Source of the DNA: Bacteroidales bacterium UBA6366
Lineage (GTDB): Bacteria; Bacteroidota; Bacteroidia; Bacteroidales; UBA932
Direction: 5' to 3'
DNA length: 64,000 bases
Assembly: GCA_002438845.1 (NCBI GenBank)
Contig: DJRG01000042.1
Span: forward strand, 18,899-82,898
The notes under the pieces are model-generated. The model was not told where the DNA came from. It saw only the letters and a program-made list of their open reading frames with translations, and made no database searches. Positions within the stretch are counted from its first letter, which is position 1, and every line of letters starts with the position of its first letter. The position numbers and the translations under genes are program-made. Shown here piece by piece: positions 19,895-30,068 of this stretch.

Positions 19895-22351
19895 TCACTG
19901 ATTCTTGTAGGCGGCTATGATCTGGTCCAGTTCATCAAGACTTGAGACAAGCACCTGACGAGGCTTGGATCCCTCCTGAGGGCCGACGACACCGGCGGCC
20001 TGAAGTTGATCCATGACACGTCCAGCCTTGGCGTACCCCATCCCGAGCCGTCTCTGAAGATCGGACGTGGAGCCTCTCTGGCTCATTACCACCAGCTTGG
20101 CGGCCTCCTCGAAGCGCTCGTCAAGCTTTGTCATGTCAACCATGCCACCAGAGCCTTCCTCTGTGTCATCATCGACAGGCGGAAGGTAACATGGAGTGTT
20201 GAAGCACTTTCCGTAGCCATCCTGTGAACCGATATATTCAGTAAGCCTGTTGATTTCCTCGCTGTCGATGTAGGCGCATTGCACACGCTCCATCTCGACT
20301 CCGGCATAGTAAAGCATGTCCCCCTTGCCGATGAGTTTCTCTGCCCCTGGAGAGTCCAGAATCGTCGATGAGTCGGTTCTGGAAACGACCCTGAAGGCGA
20401 TTCTGGTCGGGAAGTTCGTCTTGATGAGTCCTGTGATGACATCCACGGATGGTCTCTGGGTGGCCAGCACGACATGCAGACCGGCGGCGCGGCCTTTCTG
20501 GGCGAGCCTGATGATGGAGGTGGTGATGCTGCGGGCCACCGCCTTGGCATCTCCGCTGCCACCGACAGACATCGTCAGGTCGGCATATTCATCAATGATG
20601 GTGACTATGTACGGCAGGAAACGGTGTCCCTCGTCAGGACGAAGCTTTCTGTTACGGTACTTCTCGTTGTAAGTCTTTATGTTCGGCACGGAAGCACGGC
20701 TCAGGAGCTCATACCGCTGATCCATCTCGATGCACAGAGAGCGGAGTATCTTGTCAGCCTTGTCGGCTTTCTTCACAATGGCGTTGTCCTTTTCCTCCTG
20801 CTCGTCATTGCAAGGGAGAACGGCAAGATAATGCTTCAGAAGATGGGCGTATGCCGAGAACTCGACCATCTTAGGATCGATGAACACAAGTTTCAGCTCC
20901 GACGGATGCTTCGCGTAAAGCAGAGACGTCACTATGACGTTCAGTCCCACCGACTTACCCTGTTTGGTCGCTCCCGCAACCAGAAGGTGTGGCGCGTCGG
21001 CCAGATCAAAGACCTTGACTTTCTGCTGGATGGTGTAGCCTATGGCGACCGGGAGCTCTGCCTTGCTGGAACGGAACGCGTTATCATTGAGCACCGCGCG
21101 CATCGGGACAATCGACGGACGGTCGTTGGCGACCTCTATTCCGACGGAATCGGTAAGGGTGACGACACGGACTCCCCTTGCGTGCAGATGCATGCCAAGG
21201 TCTTCCTGGAGCTTCTTGATCTCGGAAATCTTGACACCGGGGGCCGGGTAGACTTTATAGAGGGTCACTGTAGGACCCACGATGGCCTTGACATCGGTGA
21301 TCTGGATGCGGTAGTTCTCCAGAGCGTTACGGATTCTGGCGTTGTTTCTGGCCAGCTCCTCATCGGAGACCTCGTTCCGGCTTGAGGAATATGAATCCAG
21401 CAGTTCCAGGGAAGGAAACTGATAATCCGGAAGTTCGTCACGGACGTTGATCCTTGGAAGTTCTTTCTTGATGTCGGTGGAAAGTTTATCGCCTTTGACC
21501 ACTTCCATGGATTTTTCCGTGACATCGGTGGCTTCGACGGGATCAGCCACCGATTGCTGCGGCCCCTGAGCCTGTCGAAGGGACGGATCTGAGATATTCA
21601 AAGAAGATGTTTCTGTCCGGCTTGCGGTCCCGACGGTTGGTGAGTCTTGTCGAACCACGGTTGGTGAGCTTTGCCGAACCACGGTGGCTTCGACGGGCTC
21701 AGCCACCGACTGTGGTCCCTGAGCCTGCCGAAGGGACTGTTCCCCGGACTCTTCTTCCTCAGCGACACATTCCTTCCTCTTCCCCAGCGACATCAGCCAG
21801 TCCGAAAACTTCCTGGAAGCCAGAACCAGCCAGACAATCACCAGAAAAGCCAGCATGAAACCGGTAAGGATTTCTCCGAAAACAACCGAGACCCACCCGA
21901 TGACAGATTCCCCGCACTCACCTCCGAGTCCTCCCCCGAAAGCGTTGCCGAGCCCGGACAAATCAGAGACAAACGCAAGTATGAAAGACGAGATTATCGC
22001 TCCCGTTACTGTCAAGAGCGCCGTCTTAACCATCGAATAATGCCACCTGTGCAGCAGCAACCGCACCGAAACGGCGAACAGGATGACCACAAAAGCCAGA
22101 CTGCCAAGCCCGAACCACCTGCGCACAAGCAGGTCGGCCCATCTGTAGCCCATCTTGCCGGCGACGTTGCTCACTCTGGCCGAAGTGTCCCCCACGGCTG
22201 TATACAAAGAACTCTGGTCCGCCTTCCATGTGAAGAAATAGGACACGGTCGCCAGCAAGGTGAACACCGCCAGCAATGCGACAAGAAAGCCGGCGCCTTT
22301 CGTCAGCCTAGCCTTGTCCTCCTCATCCATATTCCTCCAGAATCTGAACAT
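19895..22351 (-). CDS. ftsK: DNA translocase FtsK
   Basis: 4TM N-terminus, PHLLVAGATKQGKS, IDPKMVE, IIDEYADL, LATQRPS, gamma domain QRRLGMGYAKAGR. Confidence 0.97.
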   Translation of the reverse strand: MFRFWRNMDEEDKARLTKGAGFLVALLAVFTLLATVSYFFTWKADQSSLYTAVGDTSARVSNVAGKMGYRWADLLVRRWFGLGSLAFVVILFAVSVRLLLHRWHYSMVKTALLTVTGAIISSFILAFVSDLSGLGNAFGGGLGGECGESVIGWVSVVFGEILTGFMLAFLVIVWLVLASRKFSDWLMSLGKRKECVAEEEESGEQSLRQAQGPQSVAEPVEATVVRQSSPTVVRQDSPTVGTASRTETSSLNISDPSLRQAQGPQQSVADPVEATDVTEKSMEVVKGDKLSTDIKKELPRINVRDELPDYQFPSLELLDSYSSSRNEVSDEELARNNARIRNALENYRIQITDVKAIVGPTVTLYKVYPAPGVKISEIKKLQEDLGMHLHARGVRVVTLTDSVGIEVANDRPSIVPMRAVLNDNAFRSSKAELPVAIGYTIQQKVKVFDLADAPHLLVAGATKQGKSVGLNVIVTSLLYAKHPSELKLVFIDPKMVEFSAYAHLLKHYLAVLPCNDEQEEKDNAIVKKADKADKILRSLCIEMDQRYELLSRASVPNIKTYNEKYRNRKLRPDEGHRFLPYIVTIIDEYADLTMSVGGSGDAKAVARSITTSIIRLAQKGRAAGLHVVLATQRPSVDVITGLIKTNFPTRIAFRVVSRTDSSTILDSPGAEKLIGKGDMLYYAGVEMERVQCAYIDSEEINRLTEYIGSQDGYGKCFNTPCYLPPVDDDTEEGSGGMVDMTKLDERFEEAAKLVVMSQRGSTSDLQRRLGMGYAKAGRVMDQLQAAGVVGPQEGSKPRQVLVSSLDELDQIIAAYKNQ
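21526..21737. repeat. Cluster of six REP-like palindromic units inside the ftsK linker
   Basis: CGGTGGCTTCGACGGGATCAGCCACCG, CCCTGAGCCTGTCGAAGGG, TGGTGAGTCTTGTCGAACCA, TGGTGAGCTTTGCCGAACCA, GGTGGCTTCGACGGGCTCAGCCACC, GTCCCTGAGCCTGCCGAAGGGAC. Confidence 0.9.
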
Positions 22352-23010
22352 TATTTCCTGTTCTTGCGGTTCCCCTTCTTGTTGTTTCTACGATTCTGGC
22401 CCATGCCAAGATTCATCCCAGGGCGGGAGAAATTGGAGTCGAAAGAGATCTTCGAAAGTTCCAGATCAGCAGGGACCTGAATCCGATAGTCGGAAAGTTT
22501 CTCGATGTCCGCGAATATCGTCTCGTCAGCCACGCTGTCCTTGTTCCAGATCAAATACTGCTGTCTCATGTAGATCGCCAGCGAGCGCAACATCGACCTT
22601 TTGACCTCTCCCTCAGGCTCGCCCGCGATCAAGTCGATTATGCTCTCAATGTTTCTCCCGTAATGTCTGGCACGTACAGGGGCCTTGTCCATAGGAATGT
22701 TCATCGGAGGCACTTCCATCGCCTCAGGATGAGGAGCGGGGTACGGAGAGTCGATGTCCAGATCATACCCGGCGATCATGTAAAGATGATCCCAGAGTTT
22801 CTGCTCGTAGTTTTCCTGCATGTGGACCTGAGGATTCAGGGTTTCCATCACTCTGACCACAGCACGGGCCTGTTCGGTCCGTTTCGCCCTGTCGGGAATC
22901 GCCTTGACCTGCTCGACCATATTCAGGACGATGCGGCCATATTCAGGCATCTGAAGTTTTTCCCTCTCCGTGTTGTAGTAGAGCTTTATAGAGTTGTCGT
23001 TAGCTTCCAT
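22351..23010 (-). CDS. DUF4290 family protein
   Basis: YNTEREKLQMPEYGR, KLWDHL, DIDSPYP, RHYGRNI, WNKDSV. Confidence 0.9.
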   Translation of the reverse strand: MEANDNSIKLYYNTEREKLQMPEYGRIVLNMVEQVKAIPDRAKRTEQARAVVRVMETLNPQVHMQENYEQKLWDHLYMIAGYDLDIDSPYPAPHPEAMEVPPMNIPMDKAPVRARHYGRNIESIIDLIAGEPEGEVKRSMLRSLAIYMRQQYLIWNKDSVADETIFADIEKLSDYRIQVPADLELSKISFDSNFSRPGMNLGMGQNRRNNKKGNRKNRK

Positions 23011-23048
23011 AAAATAATATTTTGAGTCAAATGGCAAATATACGAAAA

Positions 23049-26000
23049 TTATTCCACCTCATCAGTAAGTACGTACCATATTATGGGAGTTATCTCTGAA
23101 TATCCCATCCGGCGGTAGATGTCGGCATACCGGGAGACCTGACGGCGGTAACGGCGGTTCTTCTCCCCGAATTTGTAGTCGATGACCGTCACATTCCCGT
23201 CCTTGATCAAGACCCTGTCCGGGCGGCGGAGCTCTCCGTCAGTGTCGATCAGGCCGGTCTCGTTCAGGACTTCAGCACCGTCGACCGGAAACCAATCGGG
23301 ATGAGCGGCGACTCTTTGGGTAAGAATATTCAGGTACTCTTCTTCCCGGCCGGCATCTATTTCCCCAGACTCGAACGCGTGACGGACGGCATCCGGCAAA
23401 TCACTCAAGGTGACAACCTCGGAAAGGATGCCGTGAAGCACCGTTCCGTTGAGCCTGGCTTCGTTCCTGACCTCATCGCAGAAGAAATCAATGGAGTCGG
23501 CGCTGAACTTAAGACGCCCCCGCTCCCTGACATCAGATTCTTCATCTTCCGCCTGTGGGTTCAGCGGATAGGACGGGTAGCCTGGCGTCAGTTCGGAGAT
23601 GGTGTCCGATTTTCTTTTCACAGTGCTGTAATTGAATATATCACCCTTGGAGAACACGATCTTATCATCAGCTTCTTCCCTGACATATCCTAAAGCCTCA
23701 CCATAGCCGTACAGATAGGCATAGAGGATCTGTGAGAAGTCTGTGAAGTCGCACGAGGGGACCGGTACAATGGCGGCCGCGATCTTCTCCGGCGGATTGG
23801 AGGCGATGACAGTCAGTCCCTTAACCGGTCTTGTCAAAGCCACATAGAACGTGTTGATGTTGTCCACAAGCTGAAACTGCATCTCTCTCTGGCTCCCTTC
23901 ACGGAACAAGGAATCCTCATTGGCCGGCTTCCTCAACGACACATTATAGACCCCGTCGGCGATTCCCTCAAGCTCTGTTCCCTCCACCGTAGGACGAGTC
24001 CAGTGCTTCTCGCTGCGGAAGAGTCCGATCTCCTCGGCGAACGGGAAGATCACATGCTGGAACTCAAGTCCTTTAGACTTATGGATTGTCATGACCCTGA
24101 CCGACTCAGGATCGGAAGGCGAACTGATCTTCGGATCCGCCTCCTGCCAGGCCTTCAGGAAACCGTCGATGGCGTTCCCGTTTACAGCGACATAGTCCTG
24201 CATGAAGTCCATCAACGCCTGGACATACTGCGTCTCTGACTCAAACAGTTCCGGATCCCGGTCCTTGAGGATGCGCAGAAGCTGCTCACAGAGGTCGGAC
24301 AGGGACAGGCAGGACAACTCGGCGACGTTGATGTCCAGTTCTCCGGCAAGAAAGGACCCTATGCTGTCGTCCTCATTCTCGACCGATGACAGGAGCGACA
24401 CGACCTGACGGGCCACCGCCGAGGATTTCAAATGCAGCGAATCATCGGAGATCACGCTGATTCCGTTGTCCATCAAGAACATGGCCACATCCGAGCCATG
24501 CCTGTTGCTTCTGACCAGCACAGTGATCTCACCGAACCTCGCCCCGGCCTCATGAACCCTGTTCACCGCATCCAGAATCTCCTGCATCTCGTCCTCCTTG
24601 TCGCAGAAGACGACATCGACACTCCCGTCTGACGGACTCTTGGCCTTCACAAACTGACCTGCATCCGAATAGATGTCATGAACCTTGAAGCCAGACTCGT
24701 CAGCCGACATGCCGTCGAGAATCGTGGAGGCATATTCAAAGAAACCGTTGTTGAACTCGACTATATTCCTAAGGCTTCGGTAGTTGCTGTCAAGGGTTTC
24801 CACTTCGCACTGAGAGAACTCACCCTGCACCTCGCGCGCCATCATCCGCCAGTCGGAGCCCCGCCATCGGTAAATGCTCTGCTTCACGTCTCCAACAAGG
24901 AGGTTCTCCTTCCCCTGCGCCACACTGTTCTCAATCAGCGGCCGGAAATTGTCCCATTGGATCCGCGAGGTGTCCTGGAACTCGTCCAACAGAAAATGCT
25001 CGAATCGCACTCCTAACTTCTCGTAGATGAACGGAGCGTCCGTGCCGTCAATGATATTCCTCAAAATCACGTTGGAGTCGTCCAGGCTCAGCACATTCTT
25101 CTCCTTCATCAGTGCCCGAAACTCTCGGTCAAGATCTCCGGCGATTCCCAATTCATTCAGAATCAAAGAGATTTTCGAAGCTGTGACATAGACCTTATAC
25201 TTTTCCGTGAATATCCCGCAGTACCTTTGAAGCAGCGGCATCAACCTCCCCTCCACCGGCGCGAACCTGTTCAAATCAGCCTTTCTGAACCATTTGCTGA
25301 AATCCTCGCTGTTCTTGAATATGGTTGCGGACGGGTATGCCGGCTCATCCTTGGAATCCGAGGCGGCGCAGACATAGATCGAATTGAAGCACTTCCGCGA
25401 GAAATCCTCGTTCGACAGGCCTTCCTCTCCGGCGGCGCTGACAAACGCCTTTGCGGCCTCCCGCACCTCCTTCACGAACGAAGTCATCACCCCGGAAAGC
25501 GCCTTCTTCATCCTCGAAAGATTCTCTTTTGAATATTCCTTCTCCTCGTCAATGCCATATTCTTCGACAGCGGCCCTGTGCTCGTCCGATTTCAGGGTCA
25601 TCGCGACAGTCTTCAGGTTATTCTCCAGATTGTAGCGCTTGCCTTTCTCCAAGTCATCCATCACGCTCTGTGTCAGCCACTGAAGAAGATCCTTGTTGTC
25701 ATCCGAAAGAGAGTCAAGCACCCTGTCGACGCTTTCCGAGACCAGTGACTCACGGTCCAGTTCCACCTGGTACGTGGCGAACTGCCCGATCTCACGAGAG
25801 AAAGCCTTGAGAGTCTGCTGGAAGAAACGGTCTATCGTGCTGACAGCGAACGCTCCATAATCATGCAGGATATCGCACAGCACTGTCTCCGAACGTCGGC
25901 GAAGTCCGTCCTCGGAGTCAAAGAACGGGACAAGATCCTCATAATAAGGAGAATCTTTCGGCGTAGTCGCAAGCAGATGCAGCTCCTTCAAGATTCGGCT

Positions 26001-26153
26001 TTTCATCTCGTCCGTGGCCTTGTTGGTGAATGTCACCGCAAGAATATGCCTGTAGGAATATCTCTCCTCGTCAGTCAGCAGGAGTCTTATGTATGTTTTG
26101 GCCAGATTGAAGGTCTTACCTGATCCGGCTGATGCTTTCATTATCCTAATCAT
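23049..26153 (-). CDS. addA: UvrD-type helicase/nuclease, AddA-like
   Basis: ASAGSGKT, VTFTNKAT, DEFQDTS, VGDVKQSIYRWRG, TIHKSKGLEF, YVALTR, C-terminal RPDR..IDYK nuclease. Confidence 0.9.
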   Translation of the reverse strand: MIRIMKASAGSGKTFNLAKTYIRLLLTDEERYSYRHILAVTFTNKATDEMKSRILKELHLLATTPKDSPYYEDLVPFFDSEDGLRRRSETVLCDILHDYGAFAVSTIDRFFQQTLKAFSREIGQFATYQVELDRESLVSESVDRVLDSLSDDNKDLLQWLTQSVMDDLEKGKRYNLENNLKTVAMTLKSDEHRAAVEEYGIDEEKEYSKENLSRMKKALSGVMTSFVKEVREAAKAFVSAAGEEGLSNEDFSRKCFNSIYVCAASDSKDEPAYPSATIFKNSEDFSKWFRKADLNRFAPVEGRLMPLLQRYCGIFTEKYKVYVTASKISLILNELGIAGDLDREFRALMKEKNVLSLDDSNVILRNIIDGTDAPFIYEKLGVRFEHFLLDEFQDTSRIQWDNFRPLIENSVAQGKENLLVGDVKQSIYRWRGSDWRMMAREVQGEFSQCEVETLDSNYRSLRNIVEFNNGFFEYASTILDGMSADESGFKVHDIYSDAGQFVKAKSPSDGSVDVVFCDKEDEMQEILDAVNRVHEAGARFGEITVLVRSNRHGSDVAMFLMDNGISVISDDSLHLKSSAVARQVVSLLSSVENEDDSIGSFLAGELDINVAELSCLSLSDLCEQLLRILKDRDPELFESETQYVQALMDFMQDYVAVNGNAIDGFLKAWQEADPKISSPSDPESVRVMTIHKSKGLEFQHVIFPFAEEIGLFRSEKHWTRPTVEGTELEGIADGVYNVSLRKPANEDSLFREGSQREMQFQLVDNINTFYVALTRPVKGLTVIASNPPEKIAAAIVPVPSCDFTDFSQILYAYLYGYGEALGYVREEADDKIVFSKGDIFNYSTVKRKSDTISELTPGYPSYPLNPQAEDEESDVRERGRLKFSADSIDFFCDEVRNEARLNGTVLHGILSEVVTLSDLPDAVRHAFESGEIDAGREEEYLNILTQRVAAHPDWFPVDGAEVLNETGLIDTDGELRRPDRVLIKDGNVTVIDYKFGEKNRRYRRQVSRYADIYRRMGYSEITPIIWYVLTDEVE

Positions 26154-26198
26154 TCCCACCCGCTTTTATATTCATCATCATTGTCATCCTCACCGTGA

Positions 26199-29048
26199 TC
26201 ATCTTCCGCAAATCATTCTAAAATCACAGTAGGAACAAGTTTTCTCCTCGGTGGTACGCCTGAACGGCACGTCAACAGAGGCGATCTCGGAGAGCAGGCC
26301 GTGGAGTTTTTCCTCGGTGAGCCTCATGAACTCCTCACTGACAGGTACTTCCTTGATCGGTTCCGTAAACAGGTTCGCCGGGGGATAGATGACATTGACC
26401 ATCCTCCGTCCTTTGCAATCCTCTGATTCGCGGCAGAAGACATCGTAGAGGTAAAGCTGGAAGGCAATCTTCGGACGACCCTCATTGCTTGGCCCGAACA
26501 GAGCCTCTACAACCTCATCGGCGTTGGCGTCAGTGATGTTGACATCCTTGTCCTCGACCTTGCCGGTCTTGTAGTCCACTATCCTTATCTCCCCTGGCCG
26601 AAGGCTATCCAACCTGTCCACATAGCCGATAAAATGAAATCCATCAATGTCTTGGAGAAACGGTTTCTCAAGTCCCAAAATCTCAAACCCATCATAGCCA
26701 GACGATTTCAAAAGTTCCTGATCCCTTTTCAGGGTCTTGATGACATATTCCACAATCACATCCTCCACGACCAGATCACGTCCCGTCACCTCCAGAGAAT
26801 GAAGCTGTTCAAGGATCAGACTCCGCACGATTCCCTTTATCGCCGAGCGTTTGCGCAGAAGCCTGGTGAGATATTCTTCGGTCACCTTATTTCCTCCGGC
26901 CATCTCCGGCGAGTAAAGTCTCTGCATCGTGCCGTGGAACACATCCCCCAGCATTCCGGCATCCAGATCCTCCGAGACCTCGTTCTGTCTGCGGAGTTTC
27001 TTGACAGTGGCATAGTAGAATTTAGCCGGACAGTCGAGATAGTTCTTCAAAGCCGAGGCCGAGAGCCTGGCATGTCTTATAGTTTCTACATCCTTCTCAG
27101 TTTTCGTTATCTCTTTTGGAGAGAAATCCCCGGACGCATTCGCCTTGACGAAGCTCCGCTTGATCGGCACATTAAAATGATACTCAAGCTGTTTGATGTA
27201 GCGGCTCTCCTCGCCGTTTTTCATGCCTTCCGTTCTGGAATCATAGACCAGCGTCACTTTATCCGCCCTCTGGATAAGGCGGTAGAAATAGTACGCCCAG
27301 ACAGCGTCCTGGAACTCGTAGGTAGGAAGTCCGAAGCCTTTGCGCAGTTCCGGAGGGATGAACGAAGAGCTGACGCTCCGCCTCGGAAACATCCCCTCGT
27401 TGCAGGACAGGATCATAATCTGTCTGAAATCCAATGCTCTGGTTTCCAGCGGCCCCATAATCTGGAGACCTTTCAGGGGCTCTCCGTTGAACGGAATCGA
27501 CACAGGGCCGAGAAGCTGGTCGAGAAGCCTCACATAAGTCATCGGGAGGACTTCGAGTCCGGCAGTCTGCAATTGGCTGACGGCGTTGTAAGCAGCCTTG
27601 GCGAACTCCAATTCGATCGCCATGGAAGAGTCAGACGCCAATTTCGGGGCAAGTCCTTTGATCAAGGCCTTCTGGTAGTCGGCAAACGCCGAGATCTGTT
27701 CCTTGGACGCCGTCTTCGGATCCGTCACAGCCGGTCTGAACAGAAGGTCAAAGACCGGAATGCCAGAGAGGTCCTCCTGCGGAATGTAGTACTTCATCCC
27801 GTCCTTGATCTCCTTGATTCTGGCTCTCACCGCCTCATCTCCCTGAGTCACTTTTCTGAATATGCTTGAGGAGAACAACGACCAGACCTGATTGTGGTAG
27901 TAGTACCACTTCCCGTCCTTCTGTCTGAGGTGCATCTGCATCGCCGAGACCAAGGTCATGAAATCGAAGAACGCGCTGTTCTTCATAGGATAGCCCATCG
28001 TGACGTTGATGTCCTTGATCTCCTCCGGGATGGAGTTCAGCACAGGAATCAGCAAAGACTCATCCGGAAGCACGACCGCGCACCGTTTGTCCTTGACCAC
28101 AGACGGAATCAGTTTCGTCTGGCCGACCGATGACGGAACGCTTATCACCTCGATCTCAGGAGTTTTCAGTCCTTCCGAATCCATCTCGAAGGCCTGAGGG
28201 AAATCCTTGACATTCCTGGACATGAAGAATGAGGACTTGTTGAGAGGATTCTTCACCATCTCCCCGGAATAGTCCCAGCAGAACTCCGCTATCCCTGCGT
28301 CACGCATCCGCCTCATGACCTTTTTCTCGCACTCGTTCAGAGCGTTGAGGCCGACAAAGACATATTCATTCACCGCCCCGAACGCTGCGTTCAGCACATC
28401 CACCGCCGATTCCGAGTCAAGACGCACCGCAAGGCCGCGGTAAACCATTCCCTCATAAGCAAGCCCTTTGCCGGCAAGTCTTTCCCGGAAGTTGTTGTAA
28501 AGCGACAGAAGAATATTCCAGATCTGCAGGAAGCGTTCCTTCACATTCGGATTGTCGGAGTCCAGGTTCACCGTCAGCCTTCCCTCGCTGCTGAAATGGC
28601 TGATGAAGCTCTCGATTGCCCTTCTTTGATTCTCGGTGAGGTATGAATATGAATCCTGAATCTCCTTGAACTCCGAGACATTGGCGAACAATCTCACAGG
28701 ATCGACAAGGTACTTGTCCACATCATCAAAGTCCCCCAGAATCACGTCCCCCCAGAAGATGAACTCGTCCAGAGTCTCGTGTTTGGGATTCAACTCCTTG
28801 TAGCACTCGTACAGATCCAGCAGCAGGTTCACCCTGTCCGCAGGCTTGTCCCCCGAAATCCTGAAAAAGAAATCGTTGATCGTCAGCATCTTCGGTGCAA
28901 CAATCGGAGTTCCGTCTTCCTTCACGGCCTCACCGAGGTACTTCGTGAAAAAGACCTGGCTACGCCTGTTCGGGAATATGAAGCACAGGCCGGAAATCCC
29001 GCCCCGCGCCATATAATGATCCGCAACTTGCTTAAGGAATGGTGTCAT
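26199..29048 (-). CDS. addB: PD-(D/E)XK nuclease, AddB-like
   Basis: FPNRR, GPLETRALDF, YLDCP, GYVDRLD..IVDYKTG, C-terminal CSYCDFRMIC Fe-S staple. Confidence 0.88.
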   Translation of the reverse strand: MTPFLKQVADHYMARGGISGLCFIFPNRRSQVFFTKYLGEAVKEDGTPIVAPKMLTINDFFFRISGDKPADRVNLLLDLYECYKELNPKHETLDEFIFWGDVILGDFDDVDKYLVDPVRLFANVSEFKEIQDSYSYLTENQRRAIESFISHFSSEGRLTVNLDSDNPNVKERFLQIWNILLSLYNNFRERLAGKGLAYEGMVYRGLAVRLDSESAVDVLNAAFGAVNEYVFVGLNALNECEKKVMRRMRDAGIAEFCWDYSGEMVKNPLNKSSFFMSRNVKDFPQAFEMDSEGLKTPEIEVISVPSSVGQTKLIPSVVKDKRCAVVLPDESLLIPVLNSIPEEIKDINVTMGYPMKNSAFFDFMTLVSAMQMHLRQKDGKWYYYHNQVWSLFSSSIFRKVTQGDEAVRARIKEIKDGMKYYIPQEDLSGIPVFDLLFRPAVTDPKTASKEQISAFADYQKALIKGLAPKLASDSSMAIELEFAKAAYNAVSQLQTAGLEVLPMTYVRLLDQLLGPVSIPFNGEPLKGLQIMGPLETRALDFRQIMILSCNEGMFPRRSVSSSFIPPELRKGFGLPTYEFQDAVWAYYFYRLIQRADKVTLVYDSRTEGMKNGEESRYIKQLEYHFNVPIKRSFVKANASGDFSPKEITKTEKDVETIRHARLSASALKNYLDCPAKFYYATVKKLRRQNEVSEDLDAGMLGDVFHGTMQRLYSPEMAGGNKVTEEYLTRLLRKRSAIKGIVRSLILEQLHSLEVTGRDLVVEDVIVEYVIKTLKRDQELLKSSGYDGFEILGLEKPFLQDIDGFHFIGYVDRLDSLRPGEIRIVDYKTGKVEDKDVNITDANADEVVEALFGPSNEGRPKIAFQLYLYDVFCRESEDCKGRRMVNVIYPPANLFTEPIKEVPVSEEFMRLTEEKLHGLLSEIASVDVPFRRTTEEKTCSYCDFRMICGR

Positions 29049-29181
29049 ATCTGGTAAGTTTTAACGAATATAGCAATTATATTCTTTGCGGCAAAAATAA
29101 GCGGAGTTTGTGCCAAAACCAGGCACAGGCAAGGACTTTTTCAAATATTTCGAAATTATTTTTAATTTTTAATAATTCCAT

Positions 29182-29212
29182 TTTGTAAATTCAAATATTG
29201 GCATTAACTTTG
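29182..29212 (+). promoter_or_regulatory. Bacteroidetes promoter (-33 TTTG, -7 TAACTTTG) for rubrerythrin
   Basis: TTTG 29182-29185, 19-nt spacer, TAACTTTG 29205-29212. Confidence 0.65.
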
Positions 29213-29268
29213 CGACACGAAATGACGTTTGTTCATTTCATTTTGTTTGACTTATAAATGATTCAGTT

Positions 29269-29823
29269 ATGAAAAAGAAGTTTAGATGTCTGGTTTGCGG
29301 TTATGTTTACGAAGGCGAAAACCCTCCTGCGGAGTGTCCTCAGTGTCACGCCCCGGCGAGCAAGTTCGTTGAGATCAAGGATGAGGGCGGCAAGCCACAG
29401 TGGGCCTGCGAGCACCACATCGGTGACGGTCAGGTAGAGGACAAGGAAGTCGTCCAGGGGCTGAGGGATCATTTCAACGGAGAATGCAGTGAAGTCGGAA
29501 TGTACCTCGCCATGAGCCGCCAGGCCGAGCGTGAGGGCTATCCTGAGATCGCGGAGGCATTCAAGAGATACGCTTTCGAAGAGGCCGAGCACGCAGCCAA
29601 GTTCGCGGAGCTTCTCGGTGATGTTGTCTGGGACACAAAGACCAACCTTGAGAAACGTTATCAGGCCGAGGCCGGAGCCTGCGAAGGCAAGCTTGCAATC
29701 GCCACCAGAGCCAAGCAGCTCGGCTACGACGCCATCCACGACACAGTCCATGAGATGGCCAAGGACGAGGCCCGTCACGGAGCCGGTTTCTACGGCCTCC
29801 TCACCCGCTACTTCAGCAAATAA
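29269..29823 (+). CDS. Reverse rubrerythrin / NADH peroxidase
   Basis: N-terminal CLVCGY..CPQC rubredoxin domain; GECSE, EEAEHA, DEARHG diiron motifs. Confidence 0.95.
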   Translation: MKKKFRCLVCGYVYEGENPPAECPQCHAPASKFVEIKDEGGKPQWACEHHIGDGQVEDKEVVQGLRDHFNGECSEVGMYLAMSRQAEREGYPEIAEAFKRYAFEEAEHAAKFAELLGDVVWDTKTNLEKRYQAEAGACEGKLAIATRAKQLGYDAIHDTVHEMAKDEARHGAGFYGLLTRYFSK

Positions 29824-29855
29824 CGGTGGAGATCAATCCGCTGACGTTCAGAACG

Positions 29856-29901
29856 ATAAGCGGTTGTCTTCGGTTCACTGCAACCAAAGACAACCGCTTA
29901 T
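29856..29901 (+). terminator. Intrinsic terminator after rubrerythrin
   Basis: ATAAGCGGTTGTCTTCGGTT-loop-AACCAAAGACAACCGCTTAT followed by T residues. Confidence 0.75.
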
Positions 29902-30068
29902 TTCATTGTTTGCCAAGCAATTAGATATCACGCTTAAAAAATATTCCGTGAACGTTGAAGAAATATTAAAGTAAATATTCTAATTTTGTCGGCAAATCGC
30001 CCTCGAAGCTGCGCGGCAGCTGGAGGCCCAAGAAAGCATAAACGTTAATATTCAATAAATTACCTACA

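Noticed and set aside
23049..29048. Novel helicase-nuclease defence system or Cas4 gene
   Set aside because: Architecture and housekeeping context fit the standard AddAB-like repair pair
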